A stretch of 61,321 bases of DNA, counting the filler. It is 5 parts of 5 records of this genome, joined end to end, with 100 filler letters (N's around TTAATTAATTAA, not from the genome) between each part and the next. Parts side by side here need not be neighbours in the genome. Positions count along the whole stretch, not along the records: positions 38,293 to 61,321 come from DRR723986_17768; 4 more parts are not named here. One strand, written 5' to 3'. Each line of letters begins with the position of its first letter. The stretch's first letter is position 1. A program made the position numbers and the translations under genes. Shown here one piece after another: positions 49,273-58,082 of the stretch. The notes beneath the pieces are model-generated. The model was not told where the DNA came from and searched no databases. It was given only the letters and a program-made list of their open reading frames with translations.

Positions 49273-49812
49273 ATGTTTGAAAAACATATTCTGAAGTTCG
49301 CTTTGTTGGCGCCCGTGCTCATCGGCTTGCACGCACCGTCCCATGCAGAATCGTTGGTGGTTGATTTGGCCGACACAGTTCCAGCTGTCGAGCAGGTTAA
49401 AGAGGGTTTGTTCCCCGAAGAGGCATGTGAAGAGCTTCGTAAAAACGGTTTCAAATGCATGGGGTTCAAGCCCGCAGTGCGTTTTTCAATTCCGAATGCG
49501 CATTTCCAGTTGGGATCTGCCGAGCTTCCCGCTGAACTGAAAAAGCAGTTGGATGTTTTCGCACAGGTGCTGAGTAATCGTCCATCCGATTCCCCGCCAA
49601 TTGTGGTTACGGGTCATGCCGATGCCAGCGGTGACGCTTCCTTGAACCAGGTGCTTTCTTCAGAGCGCGCCAAAGCTGTTAAAACTTACCTGACTCAGAA
49701 GGGTGTATCGCCAAGCTTGTTGCGTGTGGAGGGCAAGGGTGCTGACAAGCTGGCTGACGTGAACAATCCTTTTGCTCCCGCCAATCGCCGAGTTGAAATC
49801 AGCCGCCAATGA
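49273..49812 (+). CDS. Exported OmpA_C-like peptidoglycan-binding protein
   Basis: Signal peptide; FQLGSAEL, GHADASG..LNQVLSSERA, NRRVEI; Cys pair in CEELRKNGFKC. Confidence 0.85.
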   Translation: MFEKHILKFALLAPVLIGLHAPSHAESLVVDLADTVPAVEQVKEGLFPEEACEELRKNGFKCMGFKPAVRFSIPNAHFQLGSAELPAELKKQLDVFAQVLSNRPSDSPPIVVTGHADASGDASLNQVLSSERAKAVKTYLTQKGVSPSLLRVEGKGADKLADVNNPFAPANRRVEISRQ

Positions 49813-51866
49813 ACAGATTGATCAGCCTGAGCGGTTCAGCTCCTCTGGACGAAGTTGATTTCAGATCTGCGCGCTTGCAGGAATCACTTTCCGAGAACAG
49901 TACAGGTTCTGTGTTTCTGGAATCCGATTCTGCGCTGTTGAATGCAGACGATTTTCTGGGAAAGAATTGTTGTCTGGCCTATGAAACCCGTGAGAAAACC
50001 AAGCGTTATTTTGACGGTGTAATTGTGGAAATGGAGCAGGTTTCCATGTCCAGCGCAGGGCGCTGCGCCTATCGCCTGGAATTGAAATCATGGACGTGGT
50101 TGCTGGGCAAGAACCAGGAGTTTCGCGTTTACCAGAACAAGACCGTACCGGGCATTGTTTCAGAAGTAATTGGTCGCCACGGACATTCCTCGGTGCGGTT
50201 CTCCGATCGCACAATGGGCGCCAAGCGTGTTTGGGAATATGTGGTTCAGTATGGTGAAAGTGACCTGAATTTTATTCGCCGTATACTTGAACAGGAAGGC
50301 GTTTATTTTTACTTTGAACATGGTGACGGCCAGCATACGCTGGTACTCGCAGACTCCAGAAGTACACATCAAGTTTTTCCCGGTTACGCCAATCTGGCTT
50401 ATGACCCAGCTTCGCAGAGTGGCAGGCTGACCCCGGAAGAAACGATCACCAGCATGTCATTGAAGAAGTCTATTGAACCGCCAAGGCATGCACACACGGA
50501 CTACAACTTCAAAACACCATCGAATTCCTTGCTGGTGAACTCACAGGGCAAGACAGAAAGTTACAACTCGGCCTACGAGGTGTTCGAGTATCCTGGTGAG
50601 TTTGAAAATGAAGGTGAGGGTACTCACTACAGCAAACTGCGTCACGAAGAATCTCAGGCGCGCCAGCAAACGTTCAATGCAAGCACGTCGGCAAGGGGAG
50701 TTGCAACAGGCCATTTGTTGAACACGGTTTGCAAGGACAACCCCGCGTTGTCCAAAACTTTGCTCGTGATTGGTACCCTGATCACCGTTCACGAGTCAGA
50801 GCCAGAAGCCAGTGGCGGTGCGCAATCTGATTTTGATTGTCAGTTTGAAGCCATTGAGTCCAGCCAGCCTTTCAGGCCCGAACGGAAATCCAGAAAACCC
50901 CAGGTCAAAGGACCCCTGCCTGCCTTGGTTGTTGGCCCGGAGGGGCGAGAAATACACACCGATGAATTTGGTCGAATCAAGATTCAGTTTTACTGGGATC
51001 GCTACGGCAAACACAATCAGGACAGTTCTTGCTGGGTGCGTGTAGCTTCTCCTGTTGCTGGCAAGGGCTGGGGTTTTGTGGCCATTCCGCGTATTGGCCA
51101 GGAAGTGGTGGTGTCATTCGAAGATGGCGATCCCGACCGGCCCTTGGTTACCGGGGTTGCCTACAATGCTGAGCAAACAGTTCCCTATCCATTGCCTGAA
51201 CACAAAACAGTGTCTGGCTGGCGTTCTCAATCCAGCGAAAAAGGCTCACCCTCCAATTTCAACGAACTTCGTTTCGAAGACAAAATTGGCAGCGAGTATG
51301 TGTGGTTTCAGGCCGAGAAAGATTATTTAAGTCTGATCAAGAACAACAGCAATACAGAAATTCGCGGGCATTCCCACAGCTTGATTCACGGCAACCTGAT
51401 TGAAGAAATCAAGGCCGATGTGTCGCGCACGGTGCTTGGTCAACTCAGTCAGCAGATCGACAAAGCCTTGCATTTGACGGTGAACGATGATGTGTTGGCC
51501 AAGGTTCAAGGTTTACTCGGTTTGACCAACAACGGGCAAATTGCAATGAGTACCACTGGCCAGTGCTCATTGAAATCCCAGGGCAGCACTGACCTGGATG
51601 CAGCAGGCAATTTGAACCTGAGTACCTCGGCCCAAGGCAACTTGAAAGCGGGCTCAAGCCTGAAGCTGACCGCGGGCTCTAGCTTGTCGCTGAACGTGGG
51701 TGGCTCTTCGATTGTTATTTCCGCATCAGGCATCAAATTCAGTGGCCCGGCAGTTTCAGTCAACGGAAGTGCCATGGGTGGTGACGCCTCAGCAGCTTCC
51801 CCAAGTCCGCCCGAAGCCGCACTGGCGCCCGATTTGGTAGAGCCACCCATCGATCCAATTCCTTGA
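49809..51866 (+). CDS. vgrG: T6SS spike protein VgrG (TssI), no evolved effector domain
   Basis: VQYGESDLNFIRRILEQEGVYFYF, TDEFGRIKIQFYWDR, IPRIGQEVVVSFEDGDPDRP, NELRFED; gp5-like 8-aa repeats and a Pro-rich tail. Confidence 0.96.
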   Translation: MNRLISLSGSAPLDEVDFRSARLQESLSENSTGSVFLESDSALLNADDFLGKNCCLAYETREKTKRYFDGVIVEMEQVSMSSAGRCAYRLELKSWTWLLGKNQEFRVYQNKTVPGIVSEVIGRHGHSSVRFSDRTMGAKRVWEYVVQYGESDLNFIRRILEQEGVYFYFEHGDGQHTLVLADSRSTHQVFPGYANLAYDPASQSGRLTPEETITSMSLKKSIEPPRHAHTDYNFKTPSNSLLVNSQGKTESYNSAYEVFEYPGEFENEGEGTHYSKLRHEESQARQQTFNASTSARGVATGHLLNTVCKDNPALSKTLLVIGTLITVHESEPEASGGAQSDFDCQFEAIESSQPFRPERKSRKPQVKGPLPALVVGPEGREIHTDEFGRIKIQFYWDRYGKHNQDSSCWVRVASPVAGKGWGFVAIPRIGQEVVVSFEDGDPDRPLVTGVAYNAEQTVPYPLPEHKTVSGWRSQSSEKGSPSNFNELRFEDKIGSEYVWFQAEKDYLSLIKNNSNTEIRGHSHSLIHGNLIEEIKADVSRTVLGQLSQQIDKALHLTVNDDVLAKVQGLLGLTNNGQIAMSTTGQCSLKSQGSTDLDAAGNLNLSTSAQGNLKAGSSLKLTAGSSLSLNVGGSSIVISASGIKFSGPAVSVNGSAMGGDASAASPSPPEAALAPDLVEPPIDPIP

Positions 51867-52339
51867 GGAATTTTGCCCAGATGTTGACCGTTTACGGTGT
51901 GGTCCCTTCTGAAATTGTGTCTGGCGGATCGACGCTAGTGCAGTTTCCTCCCTTGTCGGGGCGGGCTGTGGGCGGAGTTATTCCCGTGGATTGCCAAGTC
52001 AGTGTGCTGAAACTTGCAGACTCTGCCTTGGGCTCCACTGCGTTCTGGCCCTGGAAGCCCGTGGATCGAGGCTACGTAATTTCCAGCAGAAATGTGCAGT
52101 CCAGTTTGCTTAAGAATCACCTGCGACAGATTCGTCATCTTCAAGATTCCTCTGGCTGTAATCGAATTTGGCCCTGGTTTGATCCGCGTTACCTGAAGCT
52201 TGCCTTGAACACCCTGGCAGGACAAGAGTTGGTCAAACTGTTTGGTCCAGTGGAGTCGTTTGGTTTTGCCGATGAATCCGGTGTGGAGGTGTTTCAACTA
52301 AGGTCTGGGCTTGTTCATGTTACACAGGTGCGCCGTTGA
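51863..52339 (+). CDS. DUF4123-like T6SS adaptor/chaperone (divergent)
   Basis: LKNHLRQ...WFDPRYL...LFGPV pattern; overlaps the vgrG stop. Confidence 0.7.
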   Translation: MRNFAQMLTVYGVVPSEIVSGGSTLVQFPPLSGRAVGGVIPVDCQVSVLKLADSALGSTAFWPWKPVDRGYVISSRNVQSSLLKNHLRQIRHLQDSSGCNRIWPWFDPRYLKLALNTLAGQELVKLFGPVESFGFADESGVEVFQLRSGLVHVTQVRR

Positions 52340-53697
52340 TCACGATTGATCTTCAAGCCCGTTTCAATTTGCAGGCACGCGCTGATCACTTGCGGCGCAT
52401 GCATGTGCTGTTGAGCTCGCTCGATCTGGATCAAAGCTACAGCTTAAAACCAGATTTCACCGAGTCACTTTCAGCCGCAATTGATTTGCTGGAAGCTCAT
52501 GATGTAACCCAGGCGTATTCGCAAGCCTGTGTCTTGCTCAGCTTGTTTGCAGGTCAGGTGAGCATTCAGGGTATATCGAGTGAAGCCGACCCTCAAACCA
52601 ATATTTTGCGTAGCATGCAACAGGCTTTGAGTGCCGGAGTGTCCCCAAGCGCCTTTCATTGTCTGTATGAATCATTGGCCGGTCTCGGGCGATTCGACCA
52701 GCCGTGGCCAAGCGGGCAATTGCAGATCAATTTGATCGATCTGCTGGCCGTCGTTCAAATGGACAATCAGCCAACGAAAATTCCGTGCAATCAAACAGGT
52801 TCTTTGGCCACTGGCGTGAGCACCATCGCGGGTGAGCTGGTGAACTGGTTCAGAACAGACTCTGGTTTTGTACATCAGGTCTTCGGACAATTCACTCCCC
52901 ATTATCTGATTGCACAGATCTGTAAAAATTTATTGCCAGCAAATGATTTGGTCATTCATGTAGACCCCGTATTTGAGCGCTGTGAAATTGGTCGGCAAAA
53001 CACGTCTGGATTCTTTTCACTTCAGCGTATGGAGCTGATTGACACGCGGCTTGCACAGCTGGATTTTAAACAGCTCAGTTTGTCCTGCTCACCCGAAGAA
53101 AAACAGGGCTTGCAATCAAGATGGTCTGATTCAGGCGTATTGATTGAGCCGGTGGTGCAACAGTCCAACTCCTGGCTTAGCACGGATTTGAACTTTCGTG
53201 CCCAATGGACGATTCATGAAGGCTTGATTGAATTTGTTACCACAGCGGACATGCAGCTTCGTGCATCCGCAGATGATTTCAAATGGCAGGCCCAACTGAT
53301 TCACAACCATGTGCCGGTGAATTTGTGCATACAAGCCGAACGCGATATCCACGTTCACTGGCAACACAGCGAGAAGCAATTGCCGGGATTGTTACCGCTG
53401 GGCGAGCCCTTGTGGCTGGCGCAATACAGAGTGCCTTTGCATGTTCAGGTGTGCAGCGTTGTTGGTGTGGGTAAACCGCTCATTCGCGCTGCCAGCCCTT
53501 TAGCGGGTGAACTTGTTTTCAGTGTGTCAGCTGTGGTTAATCCTGAAGATAGGGCACTGGGGATGGTACTGACTGTTGATCATTCCGAATTGGTCTGCGA
53601 CTGGCAAAGTGTTGATCCAGTCAAGGGCTGGGCCTTGGGCTGCTGGCACTTGGCAGCGCCTGCGCGAATCATGCAACGGGGCCTTCAGCATGGATAA
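52336..53697 (+). CDS. Hypothetical protein, 453 aa, downstream of the DUF4123 gene
   Basis: Long ORF overlapping both neighbours; no motif recognised. Confidence 0.7.
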   Translation: MITIDLQARFNLQARADHLRRMHVLLSSLDLDQSYSLKPDFTESLSAAIDLLEAHDVTQAYSQACVLLSLFAGQVSIQGISSEADPQTNILRSMQQALSAGVSPSAFHCLYESLAGLGRFDQPWPSGQLQINLIDLLAVVQMDNQPTKIPCNQTGSLATGVSTIAGELVNWFRTDSGFVHQVFGQFTPHYLIAQICKNLLPANDLVIHVDPVFERCEIGRQNTSGFFSLQRMELIDTRLAQLDFKQLSLSCSPEEKQGLQSRWSDSGVLIEPVVQQSNSWLSTDLNFRAQWTIHEGLIEFVTTADMQLRASADDFKWQAQLIHNHVPVNLCIQAERDIHVHWQHSEKQLPGLLPLGEPLWLAQYRVPLHVQVCSVVGVGKPLIRAASPLAGELVFSVSAVVNPEDRALGMVLTVDHSELVCDWQSVDPVKGWALGCWHLAAPARIMQRGLQHG

Positions 53698-54490
53698 AAC
53701 CTTGTTGTTGCGCGCCAGTGTACAGGGTCAGAATGCTTTGCTGACTCTGAACGGCATGGTGCTTGGCAAGTTACAAAATGGGCGAGAACTGGTGTTGCCC
53801 ATCCATGAGTATGTTCAGTCGGGCGAAAACAGAATTCAGGTGATTCTGTTACCGGGTGCTTCAATGCGAGGCGCATCCTTGAATCCTGATCATGCCCTGC
53901 TCACGCAAAACTGCAGCACAACTGTGTGGGTTGAACTTCAAAAAGACCGTGGGCCTGATGTGCTGGTGCAGCCACGGGTGTTATTTGAATTGAAAACTGC
54001 TTTTCAACCTGGGCAGCGTTTGAGAAAAAACCGTTTGCTGGATTCGACAGTTGACTTGCCGGTTTCCTTTCCCCGTTGGCGCTATCTCGATGTATTGCCT
54101 TCCACACACGGTGCAAATGATTCGGCATTGATTGAAGATTTTCTGCTGAATATGTTTGCCCAATTCAAGTCAGGCAAGGCATCTGCCTTGCTGCCGTTTT
54201 TTACCGTTCGCAATCGCGAATTGGCTGCGGCTTATGGCCTCGACCCACAAAATGTAGTCAGCGATTTCGCAGCACATCTGATACATCTTTGCACACAATC
54301 CGAGTTGCTTGAATCCGCGCTGGATCCCCAATGCTGGCAGTTTCAATGCGTTCGCCAATCTCCGGTTCACGCATTGCTGGATATCAATCACGCGCCGCTG
54401 CTGCAATGGAAATGCAAGCTGAGCGGAGCCACCCTTCAACTGCCCATGCATGTGGGTGTGTTGGGTGGTGAAGTTTTTGTATTGCGTTAA
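53690..54490 (+). CDS. Hypothetical protein, 266 aa
   Basis: ATG 53690 overlaps the upstream stop; LNGMVL...LPIHEYVQSGENRI, LPVSFPRWRYLD; no motif recognised. Confidence 0.75.
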   Translation: MDKTLLLRASVQGQNALLTLNGMVLGKLQNGRELVLPIHEYVQSGENRIQVILLPGASMRGASLNPDHALLTQNCSTTVWVELQKDRGPDVLVQPRVLFELKTAFQPGQRLRKNRLLDSTVDLPVSFPRWRYLDVLPSTHGANDSALIEDFLLNMFAQFKSGKASALLPFFTVRNRELAAAYGLDPQNVVSDFAAHLIHLCTQSELLESALDPQCWQFQCVRQSPVHALLDINHAPLLQWKCKLSGATLQLPMHVGVLGGEVFVLR

Positions 54491-54501
54491 GGGTGGGTTG
54501 A

Positions 54502-55515
54502 ATGTATTCCAACTTTGAATTCCAGATTACCCGCGATGGTCAGGCGGACAAGGCAATCGAACAGTGGCCTGTGCCCTTGCAGGGGGGATCGATTGGCCGC
54601 TCGCCCGATTGCACCTGGGTGTTGAAAGATCCCCAACGGGTGGTGTCGCGTTTGCACGCACAGGTACTTGTTGAGAATTCCCAATGCCACTGGACAGACC
54701 TTGGCACCAACAGTACCTTGGTTAACGGCAAACCCATGCCCCAGAATCAATCTGTGCCCTTGAGTCCCGGCGATGTGCTGCGAATTGGTGATTACTCAAT
54801 CATTCTTGCGAAGGTTGCCGCGAATTGGAACGGATTCGAGGACCTGATGCCGAGGCCCGAAATTGATCCACTGGAATCCTGGTTGCCACAACCAGCTTCT
54901 AACGTCGGGATCGACGATCTTTTAGCAGCTTTCGATATGCCTTTGCCGTCTGTCGAAAGCGACATCGAAGAGAACATTTCGCCGTTGGCCCAGCGTATGT
55001 ATGTGGGTTCCCAACAAGCTGATTCAGCGGTTCGAGGTGTGGTGGCTGAACAACCGACAACACCCTCCACAATTCAGGATGTAGAGAAGTTGCGCCACTT
55101 GTTGGGTATCTGCGTTCAAGGTTGCATGCAATTGCTTTCAGCGCGCCGAATTTTCCAGGAAGAAACGGGCAGCAAGCTGACCAGTATTTCCGCGAATGGC
55201 AATAATCCACTGAAGTTTTCTGCATCACCGGCGCAAGCCATGGGCAAACTGCTTGGTGATAATTCACTGGCTTATCTGGATGCAGAGCAGGCCTTTGAGC
55301 AGGCGTTTCAGGATATTCAGGCGCACATGCAACTGAGTGTTGCGCGAATTCAAGTATTGATTGAGCAGGTTCAGGGTGGTCTGGATCCAGCTGTGATCGA
55401 ACAAGAAATTAATCGGCAAGGTGGATTGAGTTTGAGTCTCGAACTCGCCAGAAAAGCACGCATGTGGGACCTTTATTGCGATCGCTACCGGCATCTGGCG
55501 GGCACATGGAGTTGA
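54502..55515 (+). CDS. tagH: T6SS FHA domain protein (TagH/Fha)
   Basis: FHA motifs IGR...VSRLHA...TNSTLVNG and the C-terminal NNPLKFS TagH motif. Confidence 0.9.
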   Translation: MYSNFEFQITRDGQADKAIEQWPVPLQGGSIGRSPDCTWVLKDPQRVVSRLHAQVLVENSQCHWTDLGTNSTLVNGKPMPQNQSVPLSPGDVLRIGDYSIILAKVAANWNGFEDLMPRPEIDPLESWLPQPASNVGIDDLLAAFDMPLPSVESDIEENISPLAQRMYVGSQQADSAVRGVVAEQPTTPSTIQDVEKLRHLLGICVQGCMQLLSARRIFQEETGSKLTSISANGNNPLKFSASPAQAMGKLLGDNSLAYLDAEQAFEQAFQDIQAHMQLSVARIQVLIEQVQGGLDPAVIEQEINRQGGLSLSLELARKARMWDLYCDRYRHLAGTWS

Positions 55516-56291
55516 CCATTCAACTGGGTGGCGCACACGAAGGGCGATTGTTGCAAGTACGGGTTACACAGCGTACCGACATTGGTAACCGCCCGGAAAA
55601 TCAGGACGCCGTTGGGCATAAATTATTTGGAGACTGGCTGGTGTGCGTATTGGCAGACGGTGCTGGTGGTCATCGCGGCGGGCAGCTTGCTGCTGCCTTG
55701 GCTGTTGAAATGTCTTTGAGTGCATTTGAACAATCACCCACGCTGGAAAGATCACGCTTGCTGGAACTGATGCAACAGGTGAATCAAAATATTATGCATC
55801 AACAGACCACACACCCTGATTGCTCAGACATGCACACCACCGTTTGTCTTCTGGTGATCAATCAACGATCTGCACAGGCAGTTTGGTTGCATGTTGGCGA
55901 TTCGCGTGTGTATCACTTTCAGCAAGCTGTGCTGCGCTCAAAAACCAGGGACCACAGTGTGTTGCAGTGGATGATTGATCATCAACAATCCGATGGTCAA
56001 GCCAGTCGAAACGCGCTGTATACCGCATTGGGTGAGCAAAATGAACATCTTCACATGGATGTGACCGGGCCTTGCTGCTTGTGTGCTGGGGACTGGTTCT
56101 TGATGTGCAGCGATGGTTTGTGGGAACACCTCAATGATGACGAGCTCGCATTGCTGGGCACCAACTTGTGGTGTGCAGAGGATTGCAACGCCCACATCCA
56201 TCAACTGGCGTTTAATCGCGCCTTGGGGCGGGCAGACAACCTCAGTAGCATTTTGGTCTTTGTGGATGAGGGGGGTGCTCAATTCGGTTGA
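55506..56291 (+). CDS. pppA: PP2C-family Ser/Thr phosphatase (PppA-like)
   Basis: RPENQD, LADGAGGH, HVGDSRVY, CSDGLW, DNLS. Confidence 0.88.
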   Translation: MELTIQLGGAHEGRLLQVRVTQRTDIGNRPENQDAVGHKLFGDWLVCVLADGAGGHRGGQLAAALAVEMSLSAFEQSPTLERSRLLELMQQVNQNIMHQQTTHPDCSDMHTTVCLLVINQRSAQAVWLHVGDSRVYHFQQAVLRSKTRDHSVLQWMIDHQQSDGQASRNALYTALGEQNEHLHMDVTGPCCLCAGDWFLMCSDGLWEHLNDDELALLGTNLWCAEDCNAHIHQLAFNRALGRADNLSSILVFVDEGGAQFG

Positions 56292-56371
56292 CACCATACC
56301 AATGACCCAATTTCCTGATTTCCGGTTTTGATGTTTCACTCCGGTTCGCTCTCATTCCAAGTACCTATTCC

Positions 56372-58072
56372 ATGTTGACCAACCGATACACAATTGCCCT
56401 GTTGCTGTACACACTTGCCTGGCCAGTACAGGCCCAGGTGTCTACGCCCGCCCCCTTTCTCAATCCCGAGTCTGCTGCGTCTGCTGCGGAAAAAGAAGCA
56501 GAGCCTGTCATTGACAATCAGGCTGAAAGAAAGGCGGCCCCTGAGTTGGGCAAGCCGTTGAACGATGTGTCTCTGAATGTCAGCGCTTATCGAATTGAAG
56601 GTGTCGAAGCCAAGCATCTGAACGATATTCAGAAATTGCTGGTGCCGTATGTGGGCGAAAAGCGTTCGTTTGAAGACCTCAGCAGTGCAGCACAGGTGGT
56701 GACCGCATTCTTGCAGCGTGAATTGGGCTATTACCTGGCGTATGCCTATTTGCCCGCGCAAGACATTAAAAACGGTGTGGTGACCATTGCCGTGTTGCCC
56801 GGTGTGCTGGAGTCAGTCGAAGTGGCTTGGCCTGCAGAAGAACTGCGCGTGAATCGGGATATTGTTGAATCGCACTTGAAGCGTTTAAAGCCCGGTACGG
56901 TGATTCGTGTGGAAGAGGTAGAGCGGGTGGTGTTCCTGCTCAATGACTTGCGTGGCATTCGAATGTCATTTGCCATCAAGCCTGGCACACAGGCAGGCAA
57001 AGCGATTCTGGTTGCAACACCCAGCAACGACAAGGCACTGACCGGCAGTGTGGGCCTGGATGCAAACGGCTCGCGGTACGCAGGCACGTACCGTGGCATT
57101 GGCACCTTTTCCTGGGAAAGTCCGTTTGGCTTGGGTGACTCGTTTTCGGTCAGTCATCTTCAATCTGAAACAGGTGGTTTGGACTTCACGCTGCTGGGTT
57201 ACACCCTGCCGGTTGGTGCGGATGGATTGAAGTTGGGTGTCAACGTGTCTACCGTGAATTATTCACTTGAGGAAAACGATTTTCCCTTGGGCTTGAATGG
57301 CGATGCAGAATCGCTAGGTGTATTCGCGCTGTATCCCCTGGTGCGTTCACGCAACCTGAATGTGTTTGCACTGACTGGGTATGACAAAAAGGAGTTCACT
57401 GACAGGCAGAGCCTGTCTGGTTTGGAAACCGTGAAGGAAGTGGATTCATTTCGCCTCGGTCTCAGTGGCGACTCCCGCGATAGCCTGGTGGGCGGCGGTC
57501 TTAACTTCTTCAACTTCAACGTAGAGGAAAGCAAAACGAATTATCCGGGTGGTGTGCCGTTTGGTCTGGACGATGAACTTAACACCATGCGTGTGAACTA
57601 CTCGTTTGGTAGGTTGCAATCTGTTGTGCCCGGCAAGTTGATGCTGTGGAGCTTCTTGCGTGGTCAATATGCACTCGACAATCTTGACAGCAGTGAACAA
57701 TGTTCGCTGGGTGGTGCTACGGCTGTGCGCGCATTTGCACAAGGTGAAACTTCTGGCGACAGCTGCGATTTGTTCACGCTGGAAGCGCGCTATTTGCCCT
57801 CTGTCAACTGGTTTGGCAGTGCGGCGCGTGAATTGTCTTTCAATGTGTTTTTTGATCAAGGCCGTGTTCGTTTTCGCGAAGACACCAGCAATCAGCCCGC
57901 AGGATTCAACAACCATGCCGAACTGGCTGGTTACGGCCTGGGTTTGGCGTGGGACAGGCAAGACATTTTCACATTCAACTTGAGTTTGGCCTGGGAGCTG
58001 GCGGGTGTTCGGCAGTCTGATCCGAAACGCCAAAGCCCAAGAATCTTTGCATCTTATATCTACTATTTCTAA
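56372..58072 (+). CDS. ShlB/FhaC/HecB family two-partner secretion outer-membrane transporter (TpsB)
   Basis: Signal peptide, POTRA-like GYYLAYAYLPAQDI, LGGATAVRAF (VRGY-like motif), C-terminal YIYYF barrel signal. Confidence 0.92.
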   Translation: MLTNRYTIALLLYTLAWPVQAQVSTPAPFLNPESAASAAEKEAEPVIDNQAERKAAPELGKPLNDVSLNVSAYRIEGVEAKHLNDIQKLLVPYVGEKRSFEDLSSAAQVVTAFLQRELGYYLAYAYLPAQDIKNGVVTIAVLPGVLESVEVAWPAEELRVNRDIVESHLKRLKPGTVIRVEEVERVVFLLNDLRGIRMSFAIKPGTQAGKAILVATPSNDKALTGSVGLDANGSRYAGTYRGIGTFSWESPFGLGDSFSVSHLQSETGGLDFTLLGYTLPVGADGLKLGVNVSTVNYSLEENDFPLGLNGDAESLGVFALYPLVRSRNLNVFALTGYDKKEFTDRQSLSGLETVKEVDSFRLGLSGDSRDSLVGGGLNFFNFNVEESKTNYPGGVPFGLDDELNTMRVNYSFGRLQSVVPGKLMLWSFLRGQYALDNLDSSEQCSLGGATAVRAFAQGETSGDSCDLFTLEARYLPSVNWFGSAARELSFNVFFDQGRVRFREDTSNQPAGFNNHAELAGYGLGLAWDRQDIFTFNLSLAWELAGVRQSDPKRQSPRIFASYIYYF

Positions 58073-58082
58073 GAGAATTTTT

